Source: an uncultured cyanobacterium (GTDB lineage Bacteria; Cyanobacteriota; Cyanobacteriia; Cyanobacteriales; Cyanobacteriaceae). From it: a DNA stretch of 64,000 bases. A program made the translations under genes and the position numbers. The stretch is from assembly GCA_963749915.1 (NCBI GenBank), contig CAVVOP010000022.1, positions 416,001 to 480,000 on the forward strand, written 5' to 3'. Positions 1 through 9,371 of the stretch are shown piece by piece. Every line of letters starts with the position of its first letter. The stretch's first letter is position 1. The notes below the pieces were generated by a model. That model was not told the DNA's origin. It did no database searches and saw nothing but the letters and a program-made list of their open reading frames with translations.

Positions 1-852
1 TTTTAGCCACCAATTTTCTATTTGTAATTGTTTTTTCTGTAAACCATTAGGCTTAATAGATGGCAAACCACTTAACTCATAACCGCGATCAGTTAATAAA
101 TCTCCCACTTTTGACTCTACCAACTGAATATCAACGTCTGACAGTTTTTTTCGCCACTGTTGTATTAATTTAGGATCAGGAGAGCTATAAGTGGTATTGT
201 CATCATAGGTTAACATCAAAGGATCATAATCGACCCCCATAAATTCACAAATGGCGGTTAAAACGGTTACAGGATCACTGATCAGATTTTCGTAATTAAT
301 TTCAATATACCGATCTGGCGAAATCTTGTTGTTTTTTAACTGATTCCATAAATGTTCAGCTTCTAACCAGCGATCTACGCCATACCATACATTACCTGCC
401 CACCCCATACCGATACAAGAACGGGCTACATCCCTAGGGTCTCGGATAAGATGAATAAAACGAGCATCACCCCAAATATACAGTAGTCGATCAAAATGCC
501 GATGTACTGTTGCACCAATCAAAGGTTTGCCACAGGAATTGACTTTCTGAGCTAGAAAACTATTCACCAGTTGAGGATAATTAAGATTTTTATCAATGGC
601 AAAACCCATAGATTGAAAAATACGATCACTTTCCAACCATTCATAATAGTTATCCAGTGAAGGATATTGACCGTCATTGGCAACTAAATCCACTGAATAT
701 TCAAATTCCTGTACCCAACCGACGGAAGAATGGTGATCTAACATTAGACGTAAGACGGTTGTGCCAGAACGTTCTGCACCTACAAGAAAAATCGGCTTGC
801 CTATATCCACATAAAGTGCTATAAATAAGCCCCCCTGCTTTCTCCCAACCAT
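1..852 (-). CDS. Sulfotransferase family protein (runs off the left edge; start ATG 852 or GTG 810)
   Basis: Manual translation gives ...VDIGKPIFLVGAERSGTTVLRLMLDHH... (5'-PSB loop) and FIHLIRDPRDVARS (3'-PB motif). It is absent from the ORF track because the stop lies outside the window. Confidence 0.85.
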   Translation of the reverse strand, partial: MVGRKQGGLFIALYVDIGKPIFLVGAERSGTTVLRLMLDHHSSVGWVQEFEYSVDLVANDGQYPSLDNYYEWLESDRIFQSMGFAIDKNLNYPQLVNSFLAQKVNSCGKPLIGATVHRHFDRLLYIWGDARFIHLIRDPRDVARSCIGMGWAGNVWYGVDRWLEAEHLWNQLKNNKISPDRYIEINYENLISDPVTVLTAICEFMGVDYDPLMLTYDDNTTYSSPDPKLIQQWRKKLSDVDIQLVESKVGDLLTDRGYELSGLPSIKPNGLQKKQLQIENWWLK

Positions 853-941
853 TCAACAATTCTGTATATAAATCATACATTTCTGGTCGTCGATTTAACT
901 CTATGAAAAAGTTATTTAGTTCTTCATTATTTTTAACTTTT
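794..941. repeat. Degenerate ~148-bp copy of 2251-2397 (3' part of the 594-aa gene)
   Basis: Near-identical sequence ggcttgcctatatccac...ggtcgtcgatttaactc...ttattttttaactttt, with small indels. Confidence 0.92.
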
Positions 942-996
942 AAAATGAAAAATAAAGGTGATCTAATATCAATTATCATAAATTAAATTGTAATTT

Positions 997-1638
997 TTAC
1001 CTAAGATTAATTTTTTCTCTCACCCATTGACGAAACATTTTGATTAAATCTAAATAATCAATTTCCTCTAATTTTTGCATAAAATTATTAATTTCTAATA
1101 AAGGTAAATTAGGAAAAATAACGCTATTTTCTTCTTTTATATATTGATTATTTTTTAGTTGTAAAATTTGTAAACCTTCACCATAAATCCAAACTTCTTT
1201 TACTCCCAAATCTCGATAAATTTCCAGACGATTATTCGACATACTGGTCAAATCAATTTCTAAAATTAAATCAGGAGCAATTTCTTCATTGGGTTTAAAT
1301 CTTTTAATATTTTTAATTGCATGAATATTGCTTACATAATAACATTTATCAGGTTCAGCACCTCCATAATTTAAACGTCTAAAAGTAGTTGAACCTAAAG
1401 GCAGAATTTTTATGTTTAATTCTTCCGCCAAAGTTTCTACAAAACGCCCAATAACTTCTTTGTAATATTCATGTTCAGGAGATGGAGACATAATTTCTAA
1501 ATTACCGTAGTAATAAGTTAATTTTAAACAACGATTATTACTTAAATCTTGCCAAAGATTAGTATAAGTTTCCCAACTAATACCATCAAGATTAAATATT
1601 TCGCCTGTTATAATAGGTTGTGTTAAAGTTGTTGTCAT
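997..1638 (-). CDS. Uma2/DUF820 family putative endonuclease
   Basis: ISWETY, LEIMSP..EHE, GSTTFRR, EPDKCYY, PDLILEIDLTS and YRDLGVKEVW motifs. Confidence 0.9.
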   Translation of the reverse strand: MTTTLTQPIITGEIFNLDGISWETYTNLWQDLSNNRCLKLTYYYGNLEIMSPSPEHEYYKEVIGRFVETLAEELNIKILPLGSTTFRRLNYGGAEPDKCYYVSNIHAIKNIKRFKPNEEIAPDLILEIDLTSMSNNRLEIYRDLGVKEVWIYGEGLQILQLKNNQYIKEENSVIFPNLPLLEINNFMQKLEEIDYLDLIKMFRQWVREKINLR

Positions 1639-1725
1639 GAGTTTTATTAATCTCTTAAATTATGTTTGCTATTATAATCGATCCAACTACTCGTAATTAA
1701 ATGTTTCTTGGAGAATTTCCCTCTT

Positions 1726-1802
1726 CCTTGTCCACTTTCCTTCCCCATCCCCCAAGTCTCACCTTCACCAGAATTTAATTGTTAAAAACCTACCCTTGTG
1801 AG
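1726..1802. repeat. Dispersed 77-bp repeat (element end ...AAAACCTACCCTTGTGAG); second copy at 53459-53535
   Basis: Both copies begin ccttgtccactttcc, end aaaaacctac(c/a)cttgtgag and have the same length. Confidence 0.75.
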
Positions 1803-1810
1803 CCACACTC

Positions 1811-2031
1811 CAATACTGCTCGGTTAAGAGCGAAAAACTTACTGTGGGGGGAAAGTAATGAGTAATGAGTAATGAGTAATGAGTAATGAGTAATGAGTAA
1901 TGAGTAAGTAGCAGAGAAATATAGGTTTTAAAACGACCAATTTTCCGAGTTCAAGATTCGTAATAATTACAGAAGTAATTCGTAATTAATACCTTGAATA
2001 AAAATCATATTTCCTTAACCGAGCAGTATTG
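1811..2031. mobile_element. MITE, 221 bp, perfect 18-bp TIR, ~10-bp target duplication (IS4-like)
   Basis: CAATACTGCTCGGTTAAG (1811-1828) and CTTAACCGAGCAGTATTG (2014-2031); flanks agCCACACTC and ccCCACACTC. Confidence 0.85.
1854..1907. repeat. Heptamer tandem repeat (AGTAATG)x7 plus a partial copy, STRR-like
   Basis: Read directly from the sequence; lies inside the MITE. Confidence 0.95.
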
Positions 2032-2105
2032 CCCCACACTCCTCATCTCATCTTTTCTTCTTTTCTTCTTTCTTGTCCGGCCTTAAGTTGGTAGCCCATT
2101 TATTT

Positions 2106-3890
2106 TTAATTTGATTCTTTATCAACGTCAATAACACTTGACGGCGAATTATTGGATTCCTTATTTTTGATAAAATCAACCAAAGCATTATATTTAGGAG
2201 ATCCAGACTGCTCCAAATATTCTAAAGCTCCCCAACTACCGTGTTTACTGGGCTTGCCTATATCCACAAAGTGCATAAATAAGCCCCCCCCTGCTTTCTC
2301 CCAATCATTCAATAATTCTGTATATAAATCATACATTTCTGGTCGTCGATTTAACTCCATGAAAAAGTTATTTAGTTCTTCGTTATTTTTAACTTTTTTC
2401 ACTCCCACTATATGTTGTCCTCCTTCATAGGCAACTAGTTGTAAACCTCTTTCTTTAGCTACTTGCTGATGATAGATATATGTCTGATTTTTCTCCTTTA
2501 AACTACCTTGTCTTTCACCAGTTATTAACCCACCTATTCTCAATTGTTCAAAAGCTTTATTAAATCCCCCATCGGTTTCATTTAACCAGGACTGTACTAA
2601 TGCTTCGTTCTTTGGACTACCTAAACCCCCCCCTACATAACCGGTAATACCATAAGCGGAAATACCATGTTGATAGCAGGGTTTATTCCCTTCTTTTACC
2701 CACTCAGGGCAGTCTAAAGCGGCTTTTTCCAATCCTTGCCATGCTGTTTGAGTTGACATGACGCAAACAACCCGATCTTTGTCATCTGCAAATACCTGTT
2801 TCCAAAGATCACACATTTGAGCAGTCCGCATTCCATACCACTGCATATACGCGTCTCCCTTGTCTCCCCATCTAGCTTTACCCTCATTTAACGCATAATG
2901 AGATTGTTTAAATTGCCGATTCCAAACCTCATTGGAAAATTCGACATATATTTTGAGGTTAGGATCTAAACTATTTTTAACTAATTTAGCAAAATTGGTG
3001 ATATATTCATCCGTAGCCTGATGAGGCATATTAAACCAAAGATCTTTTTTGAGCTTATTGCCTAAGGCCGTCATTGTTTCAATGGAAACCCCCTTCAAAG
3101 CATAGGAGGAAGTTTTTGGAGTTGGTCTATTTTTCCATTCCTTTTGCTCGGAATTGTTGGTTTTCATCCAATCCATAAAGCGAAAAGTACTAAAGGGCTT
3201 GATTTTCTCTAAAAATAAGGGGTTAAAGATTTCCCCTTGATTAAATAATTGTTCGTGTTTAGCTTCGATAACTTTTATGTTGCGGATATAATCACCTGTC
3301 TTATTCGGATCAGTGGAGGTGATGGTCATTAATATCCCATTTTTTTTACCAGAATCTACGTTGATGACGTCTCTACCCTGTTTTGATTCTGAATCTAATT
3401 TTGTAGCTGACCAACTATAGTTTATCTTTCCTTCCCCTTCATATAGCACCACATACTTACCTTCGGGGAAATGATCACTAAGTCCAATAATGCTACTGAC
3501 ACGAGTAAATTGAACGGAATCTTCTGGCTTGGGCAGGGATTTAACCCATCCGTTTTCGTCTAAGTCTAATAATTCATTTTCTCCTGTACTCCATTTTTTT
3601 TCACAGTTAGGATCAGATCTAACACATTGAGGAATCCATGAACGGGCAGTTTTAAAATGATCTAGGAAAGGATATTGGGTTGACCAATCAGCGATACCAC
3701 CTAAGCCAATTCCTAGGGACATTTCTTGTGGAGGAGGATTATTTAACTGTTTATTTTCGGCAATAATAGAGGATATAGCCCTCTGATTCTGTGAAGGTTG
3801 ACAAGCTGACAATAAACCCCAGAGAGACAAAAAAGATAAAAGGCTGAGAATAGGTAAATTCATAATATAAATAGTAATTAAATTGATCAC
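2106..3890 (-). CDS. Putative secreted carbohydrate-active/'cellulose-binding' lipoprotein (likely start ATG ~3863)
   Basis: Lipobox-like LLSAC; RFMDW, WFNMPH, YVEFSNEVWN and AYEGGQH motifs of a glycoside-hydrolase-like family seen in EPS loci. Confidence 0.65.
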   Translation of the reverse strand: MINLITIYIMNLPILSLLSFLSLWGLLSACQPSQNQRAISSIIAENKQLNNPPPQEMSLGIGLGGIADWSTQYPFLDHFKTARSWIPQCVRSDPNCEKKWSTGENELLDLDENGWVKSLPKPEDSVQFTRVSSIIGLSDHFPEGKYVVLYEGEGKINYSWSATKLDSESKQGRDVINVDSGKKNGILMTITSTDPNKTGDYIRNIKVIEAKHEQLFNQGEIFNPLFLEKIKPFSTFRFMDWMKTNNSEQKEWKNRPTPKTSSYALKGVSIETMTALGNKLKKDLWFNMPHQATDEYITNFAKLVKNSLDPNLKIYVEFSNEVWNRQFKQSHYALNEGKARWGDKGDAYMQWYGMRTAQMCDLWKQVFADDKDRVVCVMSTQTAWQGLEKAALDCPEWVKEGNKPCYQHGISAYGITGYVGGGLGSPKNEALVQSWLNETDGGFNKAFEQLRIGGLITGERQGSLKEKNQTYIYHQQVAKERGLQLVAYEGGQHIVGVKKVKNNEELNNFFMELNRRPEMYDLYTELLNDWEKAGGGLFMHFVDIGKPSKHGSWGALEYLEQSGSPKYNALVDFIKNKESNNSPSSVIDVDKESN

Positions 3891-3893
3891 AAG

Positions 3894-5294
3894 TCAAAGG
3901 TTAACTTTTTGACGTTTCAACGGCTGTGGTTTTTTTGTAACCTTGATTTTTCTCATTCTCAATTCCTGGGTAGAAAAATCATTTCTCACCAACCCTGATA
4001 ATCCCCCAGCAATTAAAGGAAAAATCGGATTAAACATAGAGTTGAGGAGGGAATCCACAACAAATAAAATTAAGCAAACTCCTAAAACCGCCGCCGACGC
4101 TATTTGAGGATGAAACCAGGTTTTTACTAGATAACGCCATTGGGAAAAGTAAAGTACCGGGAAGAGAAAAGAAGTAAACACAGTCACTAAACCCATTAAG
4201 CCATTTGTGCCAAAAACAATAATCCAGAAGCTATCAGGTGTAGAAATATCGACAAATTCCCCCGCAAAATTTTCTTCCAATACTCGATTTCTCCCCCATC
4301 CGCCCCAACCAAACAAGATCTTTTCTCTGGCTCGATCCCCTAATATTTCTTCATTATCAAGTCTAAACTCCAAGGATTGTGCCCTTTCTGGACTGATATT
4401 GTCACTTGCGAAAGAGACCAAATTTTCTCCGTTAAAGTTGCCACTGACAGCGATGGCCAAATAAGCAACAATAGCGAACATAAGTAAAAGTAAGGGCAAA
4501 CTAGTACGAATACTTTTAGCACAAAACAGAATAATTAAACCAGCCAACATCAAAACATAAGCACCAGTGGATTTAAGCAGAATAAAAGTAATTAAGAGAA
4601 TAATGGATACCCATTCGATGGGAATACGCCAAATTTTTTCCACTACTTTTGCCTGCCATAACCAAATGGCTATGAGAGTCGCCGTCATCATAAACAATCC
4701 CACCATTAAGCCATGTTGCATAAAAACCTGTGGTCTCCAACCACCCAACCTTATGGTTTGTCCAAAGGAATGGGGGAAATAACCATAAACCATGGTGTGC
4801 AATTGAGGACTCATCCTTACTTCATATAAGCACAAAGGGGTATATAGTAGTCCGGCCTTAACAATACTAATGGACAAATCTCTTAACCCAATAAAATTAT
4901 TGAGATAAAGTCGCCCTAAAAAATAAGGCATTCCCCATTCAAAAGTTCGATCGAGACATGCATTGAAACCATCATAAAAACCCAGTTCGTTAGTAAGGGA
5001 AGAAAAAATAGGACTAATCCCAAATAAAATTATGGGAAGATCAATCCATTTCAGTTTAAATTTACTGAATATTTGGGCATCGTAAATAAGAATACCGATA
5101 AAAATTCCGTAACAGGTAGCAACCATTCCTCCATAATCAGGAATCAAAGGCAAAGCAAAACCAGCCCTTCGGGGTAGGAATAAGACACCACCTAAAAAAG
5201 CCATAATTACAGCCTTTCTTGGTGGAAATTTTGCAAATAAGTATAAAATTATCGGTAGCCATAAGATCATGGCAAGTTGGGCTTGAGCAGACAT
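3894..5294 (-). CDS. O-antigen ligase/Wzy-like polysaccharide polymerase
   Basis: Many TM helices; R.GGWRP.VFMQHGL, KSTGA and FGWGGWGR motifs. Confidence 0.75.
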   Translation of the reverse strand: MSAQAQLAMILWLPIILYLFAKFPPRKAVIMAFLGGVLFLPRRAGFALPLIPDYGGMVATCYGIFIGILIYDAQIFSKFKLKWIDLPIILFGISPIFSSLTNELGFYDGFNACLDRTFEWGMPYFLGRLYLNNFIGLRDLSISIVKAGLLYTPLCLYEVRMSPQLHTMVYGYFPHSFGQTIRLGGWRPQVFMQHGLMVGLFMMTATLIAIWLWQAKVVEKIWRIPIEWVSIILLITFILLKSTGAYVLMLAGLIILFCAKSIRTSLPLLLLMFAIVAYLAIAVSGNFNGENLVSFASDNISPERAQSLEFRLDNEEILGDRAREKILFGWGGWGRNRVLEENFAGEFVDISTPDSFWIIVFGTNGLMGLVTVFTSFLFPVLYFSQWRYLVKTWFHPQIASAAVLGVCLILFVVDSLLNSMFNPIFPLIAGGLSGLVRNDFSTQELRMRKIKVTKKPQPLKRQKVNL

Positions 5295-5460
5295 ATTATG
5301 ATATGAAACTTAGTATTGTTCAGACAAGGTTTGTTTTTCCGTTCATTATAGATCACCATAAACACTTGCAATTTATAAATTTTGGAACTATTGTCTATCA
5401 GGCGATCGCCTTGTTATTTCATAATATAAAATAAAAAATATCTTAATTGGCTAGTACAAT

Positions 5461-6978
5461 TTATCCCAATTTAGAATCATCATTCATTGCTTCGTGATAA
5501 ATCTTTTCATTAGTTTTGACTGACTTGAAAAAATCTACTATTGGGGGGGGATAATCTACACCTAATCTTACCCCGAAACCTTTCTGTTGTTCTGTCGTTA
5601 ACTGCCAAGGTTGATGAATTTTGTCACCAGGAATAGAAACAAGTTCTGGTAGCCAATGTTTAATATATTTTCCTTGAGAGTCATAATCCCTGGACTGTTT
5701 GGGAATATTAAAATAACGAAACCCACGAGCATCATTACCTACTCCTGCCGTATAGTTCCAATTGCCCCAATTACTACAAACGTCGTAATCAATTAGCAAC
5801 GATTCAAACCACTCGGCCCCCATAATCCAATTAATTCCTAAGTTTTTGGTCAGGAAACTAGCCACGTTTTGTCGTCCTCGATTAGACATAAAACCTGTAG
5901 CGGCTAACTCTCGCATATTGGCATCTACAAAAGGATATCCTGTTTTTCCTTCTTGCCAGAGTCTAAACATTTGCCAGTCTTCTTGCCAAGGAATCGGAAT
6001 ACCTTGTAACCCTGATGGACGAAAAATGCGGTCGCCGAAGGTACAGCTACCCTGAGCTCCATGTTTAGCACAAATGAAACGGAAGAAATCCCGCCACAGT
6101 AATTCAAACACCAACCAATAAGTTGAATCATTTTTGATTCTTTGCACTTCATATTCTTTCACCTGTTCATAGATAAAACGAGGCGAAAGACAACCATTAG
6201 CTAACCAAGGAGAAAATTTAGACGAGTAATCACTTCCTAAGAGTCCATTGCGAGTCTGTTTATAGTTCTTCAGACAATTTTGTTGCCAAAAATAATGATC
6301 TAATCGAGCTAAGGCTTTTGTTTCACCCCCCTTAAATTGTAAAACAGCTCTATTATCATAGACTGGTGACTCAAGTCCCAAATCAGACAATTGAGGCAGT
6401 TTACCCACATCTATATTAGGTAGAGGAGGCAATTTTTTAGGGGTTGGAAAAGTGGTAGACACGGAGGATCTTTTTTCCACCGCTTTGCGGAAGTTAGTAA
6501 ACAGTTCAGGGAGTTGAGCAATCTCGAAAGGTAAATTCTCTGGATGATAGAGAGTCGTTCCCCAAAAGCGATGCGCGGGAACGTTGACTTGAGATAGAGC
6601 TTTTGTCAGGGCTTTTTCTACTGCCAACTCTTCGGCAGTAACTTCCCCTTGATAGTAAACCGCAGAAATTTCCATTTGGTCAACCAGTGAAGGAATTATT
6701 ACTTCTGGTAAACCTTTTCTTACTACTAAATTGCTACCTAATTGACGGAGAGAATTGCGTAAATCCTCTACACTTTCCCATAAAAATTTACCCCGAAATG
6801 CACCTGTTTTGGGAAAACCAAAGGAAGTTGTGGTAAAGTGCCGTTCATCAAAGCAGTAAAAGGGAATTACTTGAGCTTTTTGAAGCAGTGCTTGATACAT
6901 AGGTTCATGGTCATGTAGACGTAAGTCGTTGCGATGCCAGATTATAATTCGTTTTGGTTTCATCGTCGAATAACTCAA
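5461..6978 (-). CDS. cry: DASH-family cryptochrome (likely start ATG 6963)
   Basis: WHRNDLRLHD, YSSKFSPWLA.GCLSPR, FELLWRDFF, GFMSNRGRQNVASFL and DYDVCSNWGNWNY motifs. Confidence 0.92.
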   Translation of the reverse strand: MSYSTMKPKRIIIWHRNDLRLHDHEPMYQALLQKAQVIPFYCFDERHFTTTSFGFPKTGAFRGKFLWESVEDLRNSLRQLGSNLVVRKGLPEVIIPSLVDQMEISAVYYQGEVTAEELAVEKALTKALSQVNVPAHRFWGTTLYHPENLPFEIAQLPELFTNFRKAVEKRSSVSTTFPTPKKLPPLPNIDVGKLPQLSDLGLESPVYDNRAVLQFKGGETKALARLDHYFWQQNCLKNYKQTRNGLLGSDYSSKFSPWLANGCLSPRFIYEQVKEYEVQRIKNDSTYWLVFELLWRDFFRFICAKHGAQGSCTFGDRIFRPSGLQGIPIPWQEDWQMFRLWQEGKTGYPFVDANMRELAATGFMSNRGRQNVASFLTKNLGINWIMGAEWFESLLIDYDVCSNWGNWNYTAGVGNDARGFRYFNIPKQSRDYDSQGKYIKHWLPELVSIPGDKIHQPWQLTTEQQKGFGVRLGVDYPPPIVDFFKSVKTNEKIYHEAMNDDSKLG

Positions 6979-7036
6979 ATTGTTGACGTTACTGAATTAA
7001 GCTATGAACGATAGGGAACAGACACATCATCCTGGT

Positions 7037-7090
7037 GAAGATATAGTTCTGTTTTCCTTGTCGGTTGATTCCATTTTTGCCGATACCACG
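7037..7090 (-). pseudogene. Possible IS1-family (InsA-like) fragment
   Basis: Translation RGIGKNGINRQGKQNYI resembles the KNG...GKQNY.C motif; very short. Confidence 0.4.
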
Positions 7091-7221
7091 TACTCCGTGC
7101 AAGCACTTTTCCCTGCAACCAGAACGTCCGATGGTTGAAACACTGAAACTTGGGGGATGTCAAATTGCAAAAATAGATTTCTCGGTTAGGTAATTTTGTA
7201 TTTTGGATTATCCAAGCCTTT

Positions 7222-7302
<81 letters not shown>

Positions 7303-7389
7303 TTGGATGGAGCGTTAAGATATACACAACACAGGAGGCTTACTCAAATTCCTCAATGTTTAAGGGTCAAAAAACTATAAAATATTCTC

Positions 7390-7662
7390 ATGAAACAGGT
7401 AAAACTAACAGTATCAGGAAAGGTACAAGGTGTTTTTTTTAGGCATTATACTTGTAAACAAGCTCTAAAATTAGGGCTTCGTGGATATGTGAAAAATTTA
7501 GTTAACTCGGATGTGGAAATTGTCGCCCAAGGTGAAGCCCCACAAGTAGATCAGCTAATTGAATGGGCTAAATCTGGTTCTCCTGAGGCCGAAGTTAGCA
7601 ATCTCAAGTTAGAAATTATGCCTAACGAGGATGAATTTCCAGACTTTGTAATTCGTTATTAA
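7390..7662 (+). CDS. acyP: Acylphosphatase
   Basis: VSGKVQGVFFR and GYVKNL motifs, 90 aa. Confidence 0.92.
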   Translation: MKQVKLTVSGKVQGVFFRHYTCKQALKLGLRGYVKNLVNSDVEIVAQGEAPQVDQLIEWAKSGSPEAEVSNLKLEIMPNEDEFPDFVIRY

Positions 7663-7945
7663 AATGACATCGGTTTGAGAGAGGGATACCATAGAGATCA
7701 GAAAAATTAACTGGTAGTGACCGAGGACAATTCACGGCACAATTAGTTAAACAATGGGGCAAAGGTTGATTAGGATTGTAAACACAATTCTTACAGTAAT
7801 CGCTCATCTTACTTGATTATGAGACTTTTAATGATTTTAAATTGGCGATCACGAATTGGGAAAATACTTCGTTAATTGTTATCGCTTTTTTAGGACTCTG
7901 GGTTAGTTATAATTAAGAAAAAAGCTTGAAATCGGGAGGTGAGTT

Positions 7946-8017
7946 ATGGTTAAGCCACGTCCAGCTCACAAAACAATCAAATTCATTGATCAATACTGCG
8001 AAATCTATCGAGATTAG
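7946..8017 (+). pseudogene. IS701-family transposase N-terminal remnant
   Basis: GGAGG RBS then MVKPRPAHKTIKFIDQYCEIYRD*, resembling cyanobacterial IS701 N-termini. Confidence 0.6.
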
Positions 8018-8319
8018 ATCATCACTCTGGGTAAAGTTCGCGTTTGGCTCTCGCGAACGAAACTCCCATTTCTAAAAAAAAAGAATACTCTGCAAATGGG
8101 GGGAGTGAACGGTTACGTCAAACCCCAAGTGCTACCCGTTATAAAACAAAATAAATTGAATATTAGCTAAGAGCGATCACCTCGTGCCGTGTCGAAGACA
8201 CGATCGCCAAAAGTAACTTTCTCTCTAAGAGACTTCTGACTCTAACCAATTTAGAATAGCACTGATTAACTATTCTCACTATAAAATAAAGGAATAATCA
8301 AAGCAGTGGGATTAAATAT

Positions 8320-8721
8320 ATGCCAAAAATCAAGTTAGAAGCCCAACTATCAAAGGAAGATTTGTTAACAGCCGTAGAACAACTAAGTAATTCTGAAATA
8401 GAAGAATTTATGCAAAATCTTATTGCATTTAGGGCTAAAAAAATTACTTCAAATTTATCAGAAAAAGAAGCAGAATTACTATTAAACATAAATCATATTC
8501 TAAATCAAGACATTCAAAAATGTTATCAATTACTCATTAAAAAAAGACAAAATGAAGAATTAACTAATAATGAATACGAGGAGTTATTAAATTTAACTGA
8601 ATTAGTAGAAAAACATCAAGCTCTACGTTTAAAATGTTTAGTGGAATTAGCTAACTTAAGAGGATGTTCTCTAGAAAAATTGATGAGTGATTTAGAAATC
8701 AAACCTAGCAATAATGAGTGA
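8320..8721 (+). CDS. Hypothetical helical protein, antitoxin-like partner of the HNH gene
   Basis: LSEKEAELLLNIN and LT..EYEELL.LTE..E motifs; overlaps the HNH start by 8 nt. Confidence 0.7.
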   Translation: MPKIKLEAQLSKEDLLTAVEQLSNSEIEEFMQNLIAFRAKKITSNLSEKEAELLLNINHILNQDIQKCYQLLIKKRQNEELTNNEYEELLNLTELVEKHQALRLKCLVELANLRGCSLEKLMSDLEIKPSNNE

Positions 8722-9142
8722 TTATAAACTCACAGAAGAATTAAAAAATATAGTTCGATTAAGGGCGAAAAACTGTTGTGAATATTGTTTATCTCAAGAG
8801 CAATTTGCTACTCAAAGATTTTCTATTGAACATATTTTTCCTGTAAGTAAAGGCGGTAAAACAACTGTTGATAATTTAGCTTTAGCTTGTCAAGGTTGCA
8901 ATAATTATAAATATAATAAAACAGAAGAATATGACGAATTAAGTGGTCAAACTGTTACTTTATTTAACCCTCGTCAAGACAGTTGGCAAGATCACTTTCA
9001 ATGGAATAATAATTATGATTTAATCATTGGCATAACGGGAAAAGGCAGAGTTTCAGTAAAAGTTTTACGTTTAAATAGAGAAGGTTTAGTTAATTTACGT
9101 CAAATTTTATATCCGATAGGAAAACATCCGCCTAACATCTAA
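8714..9142 (+). CDS. HNH endonuclease
   Basis: CEYC...IEHIFP.SKGG.T..DNLALACQGCN..K and LFNPR...W..HF.W motifs. Confidence 0.92.
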   Translation: MSDYKLTEELKNIVRLRAKNCCEYCLSQEQFATQRFSIEHIFPVSKGGKTTVDNLALACQGCNNYKYNKTEEYDELSGQTVTLFNPRQDSWQDHFQWNNNYDLIIGITGKGRVSVKVLRLNREGLVNLRQILYPIGKHPPNI

Positions 9143-9265
9143 TTTTTGTATGTGAATTTATTTTTTCTAGTTTATTTTTATCATTTGAGTTACTTAAACA
9201 TATTCTGCAGGTCTTCTCAACAGAATAAAAGGATTACCTGCTTTAATATTATGATTTGAATATTC

Positions 9266-9371
9266 TAGGGCGTGTTTTAAAACTATAACCACATAATGAA
9301 AGAGGCTATAGTCAACATGGTGAGGTAGTTCTCAGAATTTTTTTCGTACCGACTGGCAATACGACGATGCC
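9266..9371 (-). mobile_element. IS5-family remnant: transposase C-terminus plus terminal repeat
   Basis: Minus-strand HRRIASRYEKNSENYLTMLTIASFIMWL* followed by TTTTAAAACACGCCCTA. Confidence 0.8.

Noticed and set aside
701..979. 92-aa ORF in the track
   Set aside because: It is a chimera of the duplicated fragment and an out-of-frame reading of the sulfotransferase.
1854..1907. Heptamer arrays as CRISPR or telomere-like repeats
   Set aside because: They are spacerless simple repeats of the STRR type common in cyanobacteria.
7622..7807. 61-aa Cys-rich ORF as an intact gene
   Set aside because: Only the first ~14 residues resemble a known motif, and the end overlaps acyP antisense.
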